Positions 1-12,013 of a DNA stretch of 64,000 bases are shown piece after piece. The DNA is from Takakia lepidozioides (Eukaryota > Plantae > Bryophyta). Below the pieces are notes generated by a model. The model made no database searches. It saw only the letters and a list, made by a program, of their open reading frames with translations, and was not told the origin of the DNA. The position numbers and the translations under genes were made by a program. The first letter of the stretch is position 1. Every line of letters begins with the position of its first letter. Location: contig CM060734.1 in assembly GCA_030704615.1 (NCBI GenBank), forward strand, positions 4,402,001 to 4,466,000, in the 5' to 3' direction.

Positions 1-812
1 AATCCATTCAAGTGGGGGTGCTTAAGGAGTGCATGTCAGCATGCTCCAAAACAGCCAATGTGGCTGTTCGGGGTGAGTTTGGCATCTCTTCCTTAAGCTC
101 CCGACGAGATGAATTCAAGGTCAGATGGTGGGGTCAGCTGCAACACATGTCCAACACCAGATATCCTAAGTTAATCGACTCTATATCTTGGACAGGACCC
201 CCCCTGTCAAACAGGCTAAGTCCTGGCAGAAGACAGTAGAAGAGATTCTCAAGGATCTGAATCTGAATCCTCAAGTCTTGACCCTGCTGGATAAATCTGT
301 CTTAGAGGCTGTAGTGTCCAAAGCCATGTCTGTTGCCAGGAAATTGTCTGATGAAAATGAAGTTAGGCAGAAAACTTCCCTGAACTTGCTCCCAGTCTGT
401 GCAGAGAGGAAGGGGAGAGTGCAATTGCCCGTTGTGTGGGCAACCTGAAGACAATATTCATTTCCTGATTCACTGTCCAGGGTTCTCTCACCAGAGAGAT
501 GCTCTCCTCAATCTATCAAGGGAATTGTGCTTGTACATCTGTTTACCAAATTTGAAACTCTTGAGGCTGAGCCAAAAGCCCAGGCCCTTCTGGGCCTAGT
601 TAATGGGCAAACCACACACAGAAGATTGATGCTTGTGTGAAGGGATTTCTAGAGGATATCTGGAAAACCCGGATCAATGTTTTATATCAAGGTAAGTCTT
701 ACTACCGACGTCTGCCCCTGACAGAGGTAGGTTCTGTCCCTTTGTGTTCCGCTCAAACTGGGCGCGGGGTCAATGGCCACAAGGCTACGGCAAACAACGT
801 CTTATGAGTACA
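1..812 (+). mobile_element. Decayed 3' part of a LINE (same family as 4485-6670 and 9093-10063); runs off the window start
   Basis: Near-identical to the C-terminal RT-ORF region of the 4491-6626 copy (GVLKECMSACSKTANVAVRGEFG, CPLCGQ.ED.IHFLIHCP, GRGVNGHKATANN), with frameshifts and an internal deletion. Ends TATGAGTACA, followed by (CT)n. Confidence 0.9.
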
Positions 813-2104
813 TTCTCTCTCTCTGTCTCTCACGCAAACTCCTGTAGAAAACTGGAGTCTCCACGGTAGAAACTAGAAACCCTCCCAGAGATATGTGCAG
901 CGTACTCATCTGCCAGGGCACTTCTCCCTCCCATTTTCCTCCTGTTTCTCCTCCATCAAAACCTGTCTCAGGGTTTGTGTATTCTCTCTTCCTCTACTTT
1001 GTCCTATGGGCACTTGTGGCTCCTGGGGACAATATGACATCTCTATATCCTTTTCTTTTTCTGTATTTGAACAGGTCAGCAATCAGAGAGTCACTCTTAG
1101 TGTAACCTAACAAAGGAAATGTGACCTGCTTAATCTCCTCCTGCACAAAGAGTAAGAACCAACTAAAGGAGCGGCCGAGCCCACAGCCTTACGAACCACT
1201 GTTCACTTCCATCCTACCAATTAGGGAGTGGAGAGTTGTACCACTGACATTTGAGGACAATGTAAATAAGCTCTTTGTGTCCCATATCCTGTTAACACAG
1301 AGCAGCAGGCTTTTCTTCTTGTTTTTGCCATGTGTCACATATCCTAAGATCTCTTACAAGGCAGCATCTGGCTTCTAGATAGTCCAAAGTATTTGGTATG
1401 TCTCGCTGTTGAGTTTTCCTTTTACCTGACCTTGGCCATCTAGGCACACCTATGAGTTTCGAGTGAACAGATCTACGTACCCTGCGAGCTCTTGAGGAAC
1501 CCAATAGCTGTAGAGCTTGAGGACTGGAGTCAGGTTTCTAAAAAAGTCTGCCAACAGTCTCATGGCTTCCAGCTGAATGTTGTAGGCAAGGTTGGGGCAG
1601 TGTTGCGGAAAGCAGACACCTTCTCTAATTGCTTGCCCATGCCAGGGATCTTGCTCTACGCACACAACATCATTGTGGAGTCCTTTTCTGTTTCTCAGGC
1701 CAAGGTTGGGTGCAGATGCTGAATCTCTTTTAGAGAGAAATCCTTGGAGCCCAGTAAGGGGAGAATGTCCAGTCTTTTCAAGTAGCAAGGAGGTATCACT
1801 GGAGGTGTCCATTTGCCAGCCCCTCTGTTGTCTTGACACAGATAGTAATGTCACGATTGCTTCCATCACTTCATAGACCACACCCCTTGCCAAGACATGC
1901 CCGGTCCTCTTTTCCCACCAGGTGGAATGGCTCTAGGTCCTTTGTCTGCATCAAACAAATGTGCATACAGCTGATACTATCTTCATACTGAAGCTTCTTC
2001 TGATGCATCTTTACGATGATTGATCCTTGACATAATGAGATGAAACAGAGTGGTCTAGTGAACCAAATGCTCATCATGTATGTGATTTTTTGTCTTTATC
2101 ACAG

Positions 2105-2560
2105 GAGGGTGTACCACAGACAATAGCTGTGCTCAGAGAGGCAGGGATCAAGGTGTGGGTTTTGACAGGAGACAAGCAAGAGACGGCTATATCCATTGGG
2201 TTTTCTTGTCTGCTGCTTACACACGACATGCAGCAGATCATAATCAATGAGACAACAATAGATGGTTGCCGGGAGGCAATGGTCAGGGCCAAGGCATCAT
2301 ATGGAATTCTGTCACCTCAGACAAAGAAACCCTGGTTTTCCTGGAGGTGGCAAAACAGTGTGGAGGTGAGCATTCCTAATGTCTATGAGGGTACATGCGG
2401 AAGCCCCATGTCGAACTCCGTCTCTTATACAGGAGGGGGCGATTTTGGCTCAGAAGAGAGAGCTGGGACTCAACCAGTGTGGCAGACACGGCAACCCCTG
2501 GCCCTAATTATTGATGGCAATAGTCTTGTCCACGCCTTGTCAGAGGGGTTGGAACAAGAG
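2105..2560 (+). CDS. ALA1: P4-type phospholipid-transporting ATPase (ALA1-like), internal exon
   Basis: [35 protein letters not shown] and [14 protein letters not shown] motifs; AG acceptor ends 2104, GT donor starts 2561. Confidence 0.9.
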
Positions 2561-2810
2561 GTATGTTGTTTACCCTTATTCAAAAGTGCCTACCTTCTTG
2601 TGTTACTACTTTCTGTGGTGGGTTTATAGATTACACTATTGCACTGTCACATCATTCTTCTGCACATTGAGATTTTGTCCATGAACTTTCTCTCTATGTT
2701 TGTTGATAGGACTGAAGGAAAAGAACCTCACCCATAGATGAGTGATTCCATGAAACCTTCTGCTGTGGTGTTGATATTTGTTGATGTGTTTTGGGTTGCC
2801 TGTGGGATAG

Positions 2811-2934
2811 CTCTTTGAGTTGGCGACAGCATGTCAAGTGGTTGTCTGCTGCCGAGTTGCTCCACTGCAGAAGGCAGGCATCGTTTCCCTTGTCAAACGT
2901 AAAGCCAAAGAGATGACTTTGGCAGTTGGTGATG
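2811..2934 (+). CDS. ALA1: ALA1-like P4-ATPase exon
   Basis: LFELATACQVVVCCRVAPLQKAGIVSLVKRKAKEMTLAVGDG between TAG acceptor and GTAAG donor. Confidence 0.9.
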
Positions 2935-3298
2935 GTAAGCACACCCCCATGCCGACCCTTGTTCTCTTTCTGGCCAGATTCGAACAGCTCTTCCTCTAAA
3001 GAATCCTTTTTGGAACAGCTCATGAGAAGGTAGATGCACCTTCACTGTTTGCTGAAGCATCAAACAAGTAGCCGCATCAAAGGGCCAACAGCGAGAATGG
3101 GAAGAGAAGAACACAGCTGAAAGATTATACAGAGATAGCTCTGAAGTTTGAGTTCATGGAGTCTAACGAGACGGTTGCAAGGGTCAAATTCTTCTGCGAA
3201 AAGCAGAGATCAGTACCATTGGCAAAGCATACTCTCAATTACTTGAGTTTGGTGCCTCAGTAAACAGAAAAACTTATCAGACACCGGGGTGATTGCAG

Positions 3299-3518
3299 GA
3301 GCAAATGATGTATCAATGATACAAATGGCCGATGTGGGTGTTGGCATCAGTGGGCAGGAAGGGCGGCAGGCGGTCATGGCATCTGATTTTGCTATGGGTC
3401 AGTTTCGGTTCCTTAACCGTTTGCTACTAGTGCATGGCCATTGGAACTACCAGCGCATGGGTTACATGGTTCTCTACAACTTCTACCGGAATGCTGTCTT
3501 TGTTATGATGCTCTTTTG
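3299..3518 (+). CDS. ALA1: ALA1-like P4-ATPase exon
   Basis: [38 protein letters not shown]...[11 protein letters not shown]; CAG and GTGAG boundaries in phase with the neighbouring exons. Confidence 0.92.
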
Positions 3519-3903
3519 GTGAGTTCTTATCTTCCTTCCTGTTCAGACACACGAATGTCGTTTTATGGGCTACTCTTGAAATGTTTACCACTTTATCCAT
3601 CACTAGTGAAGCAGACTTCATTAATGTTTCTATGATAGAAATATTTTGTCAGAAAGCTAATCCTGCCATATTTCCATAGTATCACTGGCTTGAGTAGTGG
3701 CTTGGGTACAGATGATTTTGATATTAATTAGTAACTCACTGGCAGCCTTTGCAACCCAGACTGATGTAGTCAATTAGCCAGTTATCTTGTAGAAAAATCA
3801 GTTTGGAAGGATGGGGGTGGCATATGGTAATGTGCGGACCTGAACAGAGAAGATCCTCGTGCCTTGCCGCTCAATGCTGATTTTATCATTTTCTTACTTG
3901 CAG

Positions 3904-4374
3904 GTTCATTTTCTACACAGCTTATTCAGCACAATCTGCCCTCACAGACTGGAACTTAGTGTTCTTCTCTTTACTCTACACATCCATCCCAACAATTGTA
4001 ACGGCCATATTAGACAAGGACATCAGTCACAAAACTTTGCTAAATTACCCACAACTTTATGGTGCTGGGCAGCGTGAGGAGGCTTACAATCAAACCCTCT
4101 TTTGGGTTTTTATGGTGGACACCCTATGGCAAAGCCTAGTTCTCTTTTATGTCCCATATTTTATTTATCGTGAGACGGATGTGGACCTTTACGGCCTGGG
4201 CCTCCTATGGTGTATAGCAGTGGTGGTATTGGTCAACCTGCATTTGGCAATGGACATCTACCGCTGGACGTGGATCAACCATGCTGCTGTTTGGGGTTCG
4301 ATTGTGGCAACTTTCCTTTGCCAAATAATTATGGACTCGATTGTATCAGTAGAGGACTTACTGCCCCACTATTG
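3904..4374 (+). CDS. ALA1: ALA1-like P4-ATPase exon (C-terminal transmembrane region)
   Basis: FFSLLYTSIPTIVTAILDKD...YPQLYGAGQREEAYN...VNLHLAMDIYRWTWINH; CAG and GTATGT boundaries. Confidence 0.92.
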
Positions 4375-4484
4375 GTATGTGCTCCTTTCATATTGATCAC
4401 CTTTCAATTTATATATTCGGATAGTACGTATATAATATAAATATGATAATGCTAATAATTTGGAAACATGATCACTCTTTCAGA

Positions 4485-6670
4485 TTGTACTCATAAGATG
4501 TTGTTTGCCGTAGCCTTGTGGCCATTGACCCCGCGCCCAGTTTGAGCGGGAACAAAAGGGACAGAACCTACCTCTGTCAGGGGCTGACGTTGGTAGTAAG
4601 ACTTACCTCCATATAAAGAATTAATCCGGGTTTTCCAGATATCCTCTAGAAATCCCTTCACACAAGCATCAATCTGCTGTGTGTGATTTGCCCAAAAACT
4701 AGGCCTCAGGAGGGCCTGGGCTTTTGGCTCAGCCTCGAGACTTTCAAAGTTGGTAAACAGGGGTACAGGCACAATTCCCTTAATAGATTTGAAGAGAGCG
4801 TCTCTTTGGTGAGAGAACCCCGGACAGTGTATTAGAAAATGAATACTGTCTTCAGATTGCCCACACAACGGGCAATTGCACTCTCCCTTTCCTCTCTGCT
4901 TCTGTTTGCTGTTCAAAGGTAGGCTTCCTGCCCTGAGTTTAAATTTCAGTCTAGTGCCGAGAGTGGGTAGACCCTTGAGGTCATCCAAGATGTCCTCCCC
5001 CATGTCACAGACTGGAAACAAGTTCAGGGAAGTTTTCTGCCTAACTTCATTTTCATCAGACAATCTCATGGCAACAGACATGGCTGAGGACACTACAGCC
5101 TCTAAGTCAGATTCATCCAGCAGGGTCAAGACTTGCGGATCCAGGTCCAGGTCCTTGAGGATCTCTTCTACTCTCTTCTGCCAGGACTTAGTCTGTTTGA
5201 CAGGGCGGTCCTGTTTCCAAGATATAGAGTCGATTAATTTAGGATATCTGGTGTTGGGCATATGTTGCAGCTGACCCCACCATCTGACCTTGAATTCATC
5301 TCGTCGGGAGCTTAAGGACGGAATGCCAAACTCACCCCGAACAGCCACATTGGCTGTTTTGGAGCATGCTGACATACACTCCTTAAGCACCCCCACTTGA
5401 ATGGATTCTAGAGACTTAGCCTGGTTGGAGTTATCAACCCATATAGCAGATCCGTACTCCAAGGCAGGTCTAATAACGCGACAAAGCATGGTTTTCTTAA
5501 CCTCAGAGTTGACCCCTCTGCAGTGGAAAAATTTAGTGAGCCCCAGAGCTTTGCCCTTGCCAGTTTGAACAACTTTCCGGATATGTGCATCCCAATTACA
5601 ATTGGAGGAGAACTCAACGCCCAGGTAAGTGTAGGAAGGGAGGACCGGGATCTCTTGGCTACCCCACTGCCACTTAAGATCACTTCCTCCCTCTCCTCTG
5701 TCGTTGAATGCTACCACTGCACATTTGCTGACATTAGCCTCTAGCCCCCAAAGATCAAAGTATCTCTTCGCGCAATCAATCAACTCCTGGAGATTGGTTG
5801 GAGTCTCCCCTATGCCTGCGAAGTCATCCGCAAACATAAGGGCTGGTATGGTGGTATCACCCACCCTTAACCCAAATCCCTCACTTTCCACATCCTCGAG
5901 GAGTTGATTGATGAAAACATTGAAGAGCAGAGGGGAGAGAGTACATCCTTGAGCTACACCTTGGTCTATGTCAAAGAAGTTGGACTTCTGTCCGTTAACA
6001 GTGACACAGCTTTTGGTGTGAGCATACAAGTTGTGGACAACTCTCCACATCTTTCCCTTGATCCCACAAGACCAGAGGCGGAACCATAGGCCATCCCTCC
6101 ACACTGTGTCATAAGCCTTTTTGACATCCAGGAAAAAGACATAAGTGGGTTTCCCTTCTTTTTTCCTTCCCTGGATAATCTGGCTTAGAGTGAAGATATG
6201 ATCCACACAGCCCCTGTTTCGCCGAAAGCCAGCTTGGCCTTCGTGGAAACAACCTCTGGACTCCAGATCAACCTCGAGACGAGTACTTATAACTCTGCAG
6301 AATGTCTTGCTAACAGCATTGAGGAGCGTGATGCCACGGTAGTTCCCCGGTTCTTCTCTGTCACCCTTCTTGTATAGATTGACAATGACCCCCTGTCGCC
6401 AGCGAAAGGGGATCATTTCAGTCTTCCAGATAAGGTTAAAGAGGAGAACTAGGGCCTCTATCATGGGATCGCCACCGTGCTTGATAAGCTCGTTGACAAT
6501 ACCATCAGGTCCACCAGCTTTATATCCATGTAAATGTTCAATTGCTTCCACAATCTCAGAAGAACTAATGGGAGCATTATAAGCCATTGAAATATACTCC
6601 AGTTCATCAGGGCTGTTTTGAATCATAGGAACAGTTTTTCCAACTGTGTCCCTCCATTCAGCAGAAGACC
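4485..6670 (-). mobile_element. 5'-truncated LINE inserted antisense in the last intron of the ALA1-like gene (5' end approximate)
   Basis: Contains a non-LTR RT ORF; 3' end TATGAGTACAA shared with the other copies; no endonuclease domain visible upstream. Confidence 0.9.
4491..6626 (-). CDS. LINE reverse transcriptase ORF (RT plus C-terminal CCHC-like motif), N-terminally truncated
   Basis: 711-aa open frame with KAGGPDG, NYRGITLL, QAGFR, FLDVKKAYD, GVAQGCTLSPLLF, FADD, YTYLG and CPLCGQSEDSIHFLIHC. Confidence 0.93.
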   Translation of the reverse strand: MIQNSPDELEYISMAYNAPISSSEIVEAIEHLHGYKAGGPDGIVNELIKHGGDPMIEALVLLFNLIWKTEMIPFRWRQGVIVNLYKKGDREEPGNYRGITLLNAVSKTFCRVISTRLEVDLESRGCFHEGQAGFRRNRGCVDHIFTLSQIIQGRKKEGKPTYVFFLDVKKAYDTVWRDGLWFRLWSCGIKGKMWRVVHNLYAHTKSCVTVNGQKSNFFDIDQGVAQGCTLSPLLFNVFINQLLEDVESEGFGLRVGDTTIPALMFADDFAGIGETPTNLQELIDCAKRYFDLWGLEANVSKCAVVAFNDRGEGGSDLKWQWGSQEIPVLPSYTYLGVEFSSNCNWDAHIRKVVQTGKGKALGLTKFFHCRGVNSEVKKTMLCRVIRPALEYGSAIWVDNSNQAKSLESIQVGVLKECMSACSKTANVAVRGEFGIPSLSSRRDEFKVRWWGQLQHMPNTRYPKLIDSISWKQDRPVKQTKSWQKRVEEILKDLDLDPQVLTLLDESDLEAVVSSAMSVAMRLSDENEVRQKTSLNLFPVCDMGEDILDDLKGLPTLGTRLKFKLRAGSLPLNSKQKQRGKGECNCPLCGQSEDSIHFLIHCPGFSHQRDALFKSIKGIVPVPLFTNFESLEAEPKAQALLRPSFWANHTQQIDACVKGFLEDIWKTRINSLYGGKSYYQRQPLTEVGSVPFVPAQTGRGVNGHKATANNIL

Positions 6671-7559
6671 CCTCACTGTTAGACCTAGAGTAATAGTGTT
6701 ACACTGTTAGACCTAGTGTGGGTTTGATGTTAAAATTAGACACTTTGGAGGAGAAATCTTGGCCGGCAGCTATGTAGTACATGAAGTACTTGTGCTGTCC
6801 TTGCCCACCGTCCAGCCCCAAGCAGTAGATTTGTCCAAAAGCTGGCTGGTGGGCTCAGAATTATGCCTCTCCCAAAACTACAGCGGTATGTGGACAAGGC
6901 TATTCTGCTGTTTGATTCCCAAAAATTAAGTGATGTTGGGTGGAAACAACAGGTTCAAAGTTCTCTGTTGGCAAGCATCCAACAGATGGCCCAACGGCTA
7001 GGGCAAAGGCCGTCTTAAAGTGGTCATGGGTTCAAAACCACAAAGGTGTATGTTGGATGTCATCCATTATGGCCAACCCAACCATAAAAGGAGGGTCCCA
7101 GATCAACAGGCTACTTAATGTGTGGGAACCTAGAGACTTTTGAGTTCTTGGGGGAGGTTTAGGCAATCGCATGGCCCTGGTGACGGCTGTCAGAAAGTGT
7201 GCACCTTCCAAACGGAAGCCAGTAGCTTTTGGGGGTGAAGTTACACCATAAGCTACACTTGCTTCGGCAGTAGTCTTCCTCTCTCCTCTTCTCTGTTGGC
7301 CCTTTAAACGTGTTGCTTGGTCAAGTTTTCTAACCCGACGCGTGAGTAAGTTCCATTGCCCCTTCTGTTCCATGAGCCCTTTGCCTTGTAACAGTAATAA
7401 ACAACATCACCAACATCTGGAGCTCACATTTCACGTGTGGCAGTGAGGCTCTGTCAAAGTTGAGAACTTGACAGATGTACCCTAAAAAGCAGAAATCACT
7501 GAATGAAGGGAATGAGAGATGTATGATACTGACGAGGAAATTATTGTGACTTGATGCAG

Positions 7560-7806
7560 GGTGGTCTACCACATGGCATCGGATGGTCGGTTTTGGTTTT
7601 CCCTTCTTCTAACTGTAATCATGGCCTTGTTACCGCGCTTTTGTATTAAAGTTGCAAAGCAGCGGTTATGGCCCTCAGATATCCAAATTGTACGTGAGGC
7701 TGAGATCATGGGGCATGATGACCATCGATCTGGGTTATCGATGGAGCTCAACGAGGTTCCCCACCTAGCAGTGGGCTCTTCTGCCCCCTCTGCCTCCGCA
7801 GTCTGA
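7560..7806 (+). CDS. ALA1: ALA1-like P4-ATPase last coding exon
   Basis: TGCAG acceptor; the first G completes the TGG codon split at 4374; FWFSLLLTVIMALLPRF...PSDIQIVREAE; TGA at 7804-7806. Confidence 0.88.
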
Positions 7807-9092
7807 CTCTGATTTTATCCTGCAATTCATCTATCTGTTTCTGTTATGTAGGCAAACATAAGTTGTGTCCCACAGCTCCTTCTCCCTGTTGACGAAGGTC
7901 AACTTCCCTGATGATCAAGTTTTGCAGTTCCCTTCGAATTCTTCCCACCTTCCTCACAGATAGAGCTGTGTTTCAAATAGATCATTTAGTCTTTTCTTAT
8001 ATTTCCGGGAATCAGCTAGAGTTCCCAACTGGTTGAGAATATCTCTATTTGGATGTGGCTCATGCAAATATAGAGGGCTAGATTACCAAAAGAAAATTTT
8101 GCACGGGCGCAGACATTGTGTGCCCCAAGTATGTAACTGATCAGGACCTGCGACACAGTGCATACTGGAGGGAGGGTGGCAAAATTGTTGTTCTCTTCTT
8201 CTCAGCAATGACCCCGCAAATGGGGACCATTGCGCACGCGTTGAAAACAAAAATCCGTTAAACATTTGTCCATGTAACTTCTGTAGGTACTCTCCTTTCT
8301 TGCAAAGCATAGATCAATCATCGCAGGATTGAGTATTGGATTTCTCACTCAGGCATTGGACTTTGTACAATATGTAATTAGACTACCATTCTTTCTCCTT
8401 CACGTACTTCCTCCCCGGCTCGATGTCTCCATTATATTTGCTACCCGATGTGTAATCTTGTGATAGTTTTTAAGTTGTAAAGTGGCATTTGATGTGTTAT
8501 GTACCGTCTCAGATGTAGTAAAGATTGTTTATTTTGCTAACAGGTGGACTCGCAGTCTTTCAGCCTATTTTGGAGTCTTGGGAGAGGGTGTGGTTGTCAT
8601 ATGTTTTGTTCCAGTTCTCATTTCAGGTTGATGATCCACATGACACTGATTAGACTGGTGGCTAAGATCGGGTCAGGAAAATGCTGCATGGTGTGTTGCT
8701 CGCCCATCCATAGTTCTGTCAGGTTAGGCTCATGCATTGAGCAGCAGATAAAATGGCAGCGGGATTGAAGAGTTGCATAGAGCAAGAAGCAAAGGGACTT
8801 GCACATCTTTGGTTTTGAGCAAGTAGTTTGCGGGCAATGGATGATGATGAGTGCTCCGTAGTCTCTTATTCCAAACCACTGTGGCATTTATGCCATGGAG
8901 GACTACATTGGGCATTTCCTCTGAGGTGCAACCTCCAAAAGAAGTGAAGGAATGAGAAAGAGTATGATGCAAGTTTATGTGTAGGGTAAGCCTCTACTAA
9001 TTATTAGAAAATTCAACACCATCACAACTCCAGGCTGAGGGACGCCTCATCGCACCGGCTCCACACACAATCCTTCAGGTAGCTCTCTATCC

Positions 9093-10063
9093 TTTGACAT
9101 AGACCAAGGTGTAGCTCAAGGATGTACTCTCTCCCCTCTGCTCTTCAATCTTTTCATCAATCAACTCCTAGAGGATGTGGAAAGTGAGGGATTTGGGTTA
9201 AGGGTGGGTGATACCACCATACCAGCCCTTATGTTTGCGGATGACTTCGCAGGCATAGGTGAGACTCCAACCAATCTCCAGGAGTTGATTGATTGCGCGA
9301 AGAGATACTTTGATCTTTGGGGGCTAGAGGCTAATGTCAGCAAATGTGCAGTGGTAGCATTCAACGACAGAGGAGAGGGAGGAAGTGATCTTAAGTGGCA
9401 GTGGGGTAGCCAAGAGATCCCGGTCCTCCCTTCCTACACTTACCTGGGCGTTGAGTTCTCCTCCAATTGTAATTGGGATGCACATATCCGGAAAGTTGCT
9501 CAAACTGGCAAGGGCAAAGCTCTGGAGCTCACTAAATTTTTCCACTGCAGAGGGGTCAACTCTGAGGTTAAGAAAACCATGCTTTGTCGCGTTATTAGAC
9601 CTGCCTTGGAGTACGGATCTGCTATATGGGTTGATAACTCCAACCAGGCTAAGAGAGGAAAGGGAGAGTGCAATTGCCCATTGTGTGGGCAATCTGAAGA
9701 CAGTATTCATTTTCTGATACACTGTCCGGGGTTCTCTCACCAAAGAGACCTCTCTTCAAATCTATTAAGGGAATTGTGCCTGTACCCCTGTTTACCAACT
9801 TTGAAAGTCTCGAGGCTGAGCCAAAAGCCCAGGCCCTCCTGAGGCCTAGTTTTTGGGCAAATCACACACAGCAGATTGATGCTTGTGTGAAGGGATTTCT
9901 AGAGGATATCTGGAAAACCTGGATTAATTCTTTATATGGAGGTAAGTCTTACTACCAACGTCAGCCCCTGACAGAGGTAGGTTCTGTCCCTTTTGTTCCC
10001 GCTCAAACTGGGCGCGGGGTCAATGGCCACAAGGCTACGGCAAACAACGTCTTATGAGTACAA
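9093..10063 (+). mobile_element. 5'-truncated, internally deleted LINE copy with 7-bp TSD
   Basis: Near-identical to the intronic copy; about 0.5 kb deleted at GCTAAG/AGAGG; TCTATCC duplicated at 9086-9092 and 10064-10070. Confidence 0.9.
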
Positions 10064-11559
10064 TCTATCCACTTCCAAAAATTGCACACCACTCGGTAAC
10101 AATTGTCAATGAGCCCATTCATCTACCGACATTCTGAGCCATTTCCATATCTTTATGGGGGAACTGTGCTGTGACACTAGCTTTGATCACGACTTGGTTG
10201 TACCGTATTCTTGATTTTCAGTTTGTGGAAGACCTATCACTTGGCTTTAGAAGTGAATCTCCCTGCCTTCATCACAGCACATATACTGCCAGTGTGAAAT
10301 ACTCAAGCAGAGGTAAATGCTGTATAGCTTCTTGCTCTGTTTCTTCTCATTGCAATGGTTTGAGAGATCAATAATGCTAGACAAGGAGTATTGCTGCAGA
10401 ACCAGTAGAAAGTACAGATGATCATATATTACCGAAGTTGAATTCTTGTGTTTAACTGTAGATGGAATGTGCGTAGAATACTATTTGCAGTTCACACTCA
10501 GATTTTTTAGTGATGAGCTGCTGTTTGAGCCGCTATGGAATCAGTTCTATTATCAGTGGTTTTTAACAACACTGGTGTCTGAAAAAGGAACAGAAGAAAT
10601 TGTGAACACGTCTGGTTAGTCATGTGCAAATTGAGGGCTTCTAGACACCGTTGCAGAGGACGTAATTTCTTTGTTGGAACCTACCTTCAAAATGCAGATG
10701 GATCAAATGATGTTTTTTGAGCTTTTATTGAGCAGAGTAGTATTTGCATGTGGAAATTCAATGTTAGCACGGTTTAGATTTGGTACCTGGGTATAGTTTG
10801 AAGCCTGAACAGACTTACTTGCTATATACTCTTAAGACTGTTATACTTAACACTCGGAGGTGGTTGGCAATGAGCTCCATATGCGAGAAGATTTTCCATA
10901 ACCTCCTGTTTGCTTGAATCGTGACAAATCTTAGAATTTTGACATGCAGTGTTGTCTTGCATTTAGAGTAGTTCAGAGTACACCATCACGTTTTGTAGTA
11001 ACATTGTCCTTCTGTCTGCTTTCTAGGCAAAGCAAGGGTGTACCTTTGAATCTAGCTCAACCTTCAAGTCGTTTGAGAATAATACATCTCTGAAGCATAC
11101 TGTGAGCCTGGCGGTTGTGTAATTGGAGATACCACACTCTAGGAAGAACTGGGTTGCTTGCATTCCTGGCTATACTGAGCAAGGTATGGAATGGTTCAAA
11201 AGTGCAACTGGTCGAAGTGCAAATTTGTGACCTTTGATTTGAGGCTTCTTAGGTCAAAATGAGCTCCATTATGTCTCAAAACCTAGAGGAGCTTTGTTTC
11301 AAGTTCCTTTAGATTTCATGTGCCCTGCTGCACGCCACAATAAAATACTACAGTAGCTCTAAGCTTGCTGGGGAGGATATGCCCTCAGCTACAGTCAGGC
11401 ACTCTGCAGAGACAGCATCTTAGAAGCCTCCACTCTGTAACCTTCCATGGAAATGCAAATGCCCTCAAAATGGAGTCTGCCTAAGTGGTTTGGCCATATA
11501 TTACACTTGGATTTGATCCACATTCTGGACTGTACTAATGAAAGCTTACATTCCTCTTA

Positions 11560-12013
11560 GAGCATCCCCACCCTTCTCACTGAAATGGCCCCTCTATAGC
11601 TATTGTGAAGGGGTTGGTTCAGGACTCTCAAAAGGTGTGTGAAGGGGTCGGCTGCCCGTAGCCACACCCTTGCCCCTCGTTACGCCCCTGTATCCTATGT
11701 TCCCGCCTTTCTGGAGTTTCCAGCGATGTTCTCATATCACGTTCGGGACCCACCGCCTGCCTTCACTGGCCGACGCACAGCAGCTGGATTGGAAGCGAGA
11801 GGCTGGGAGGTGCGCTCTAACATATCCCTGGTTGGGACGGGAACGGGTTCAGGAGACTGAATATCGTGCACGAATTCGGTGAAAGAGAGGTGGTTCAGTG
11901 TCTGCCCTTAACGGCGTATACGGTAGCGGGGCAAGGGTGTGGTATGTTTGTAGGGAAATCTGAGAAATACGAGAAGTACGGGTGGTCCATAGAGGCGTAG
12001 GGTGGGGATGCTC
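11560..12013. mobile_element. PIF/Harbinger (Tourist-like) MITE, 454 bp
   Basis: Perfect 15-bp TIR GAGCATCCCCACCCT / AGGGTGGGGATGCTC with a TTA duplication at 11557-11559 and 12014-12016; no coding capacity. Confidence 0.88.

Noticed and set aside
830-1950. Possible retroelement gag remnant in the intron (similarly 6720-7400)
   Set aside because: Coding-like but fragmented, with no diagnostic motif or termini I can support.
9640-9660. LINE deletions as spliced-out introns
   Set aside because: No placement of the breakpoints gives GT-AG ends; only 1-2 nt microhomology.
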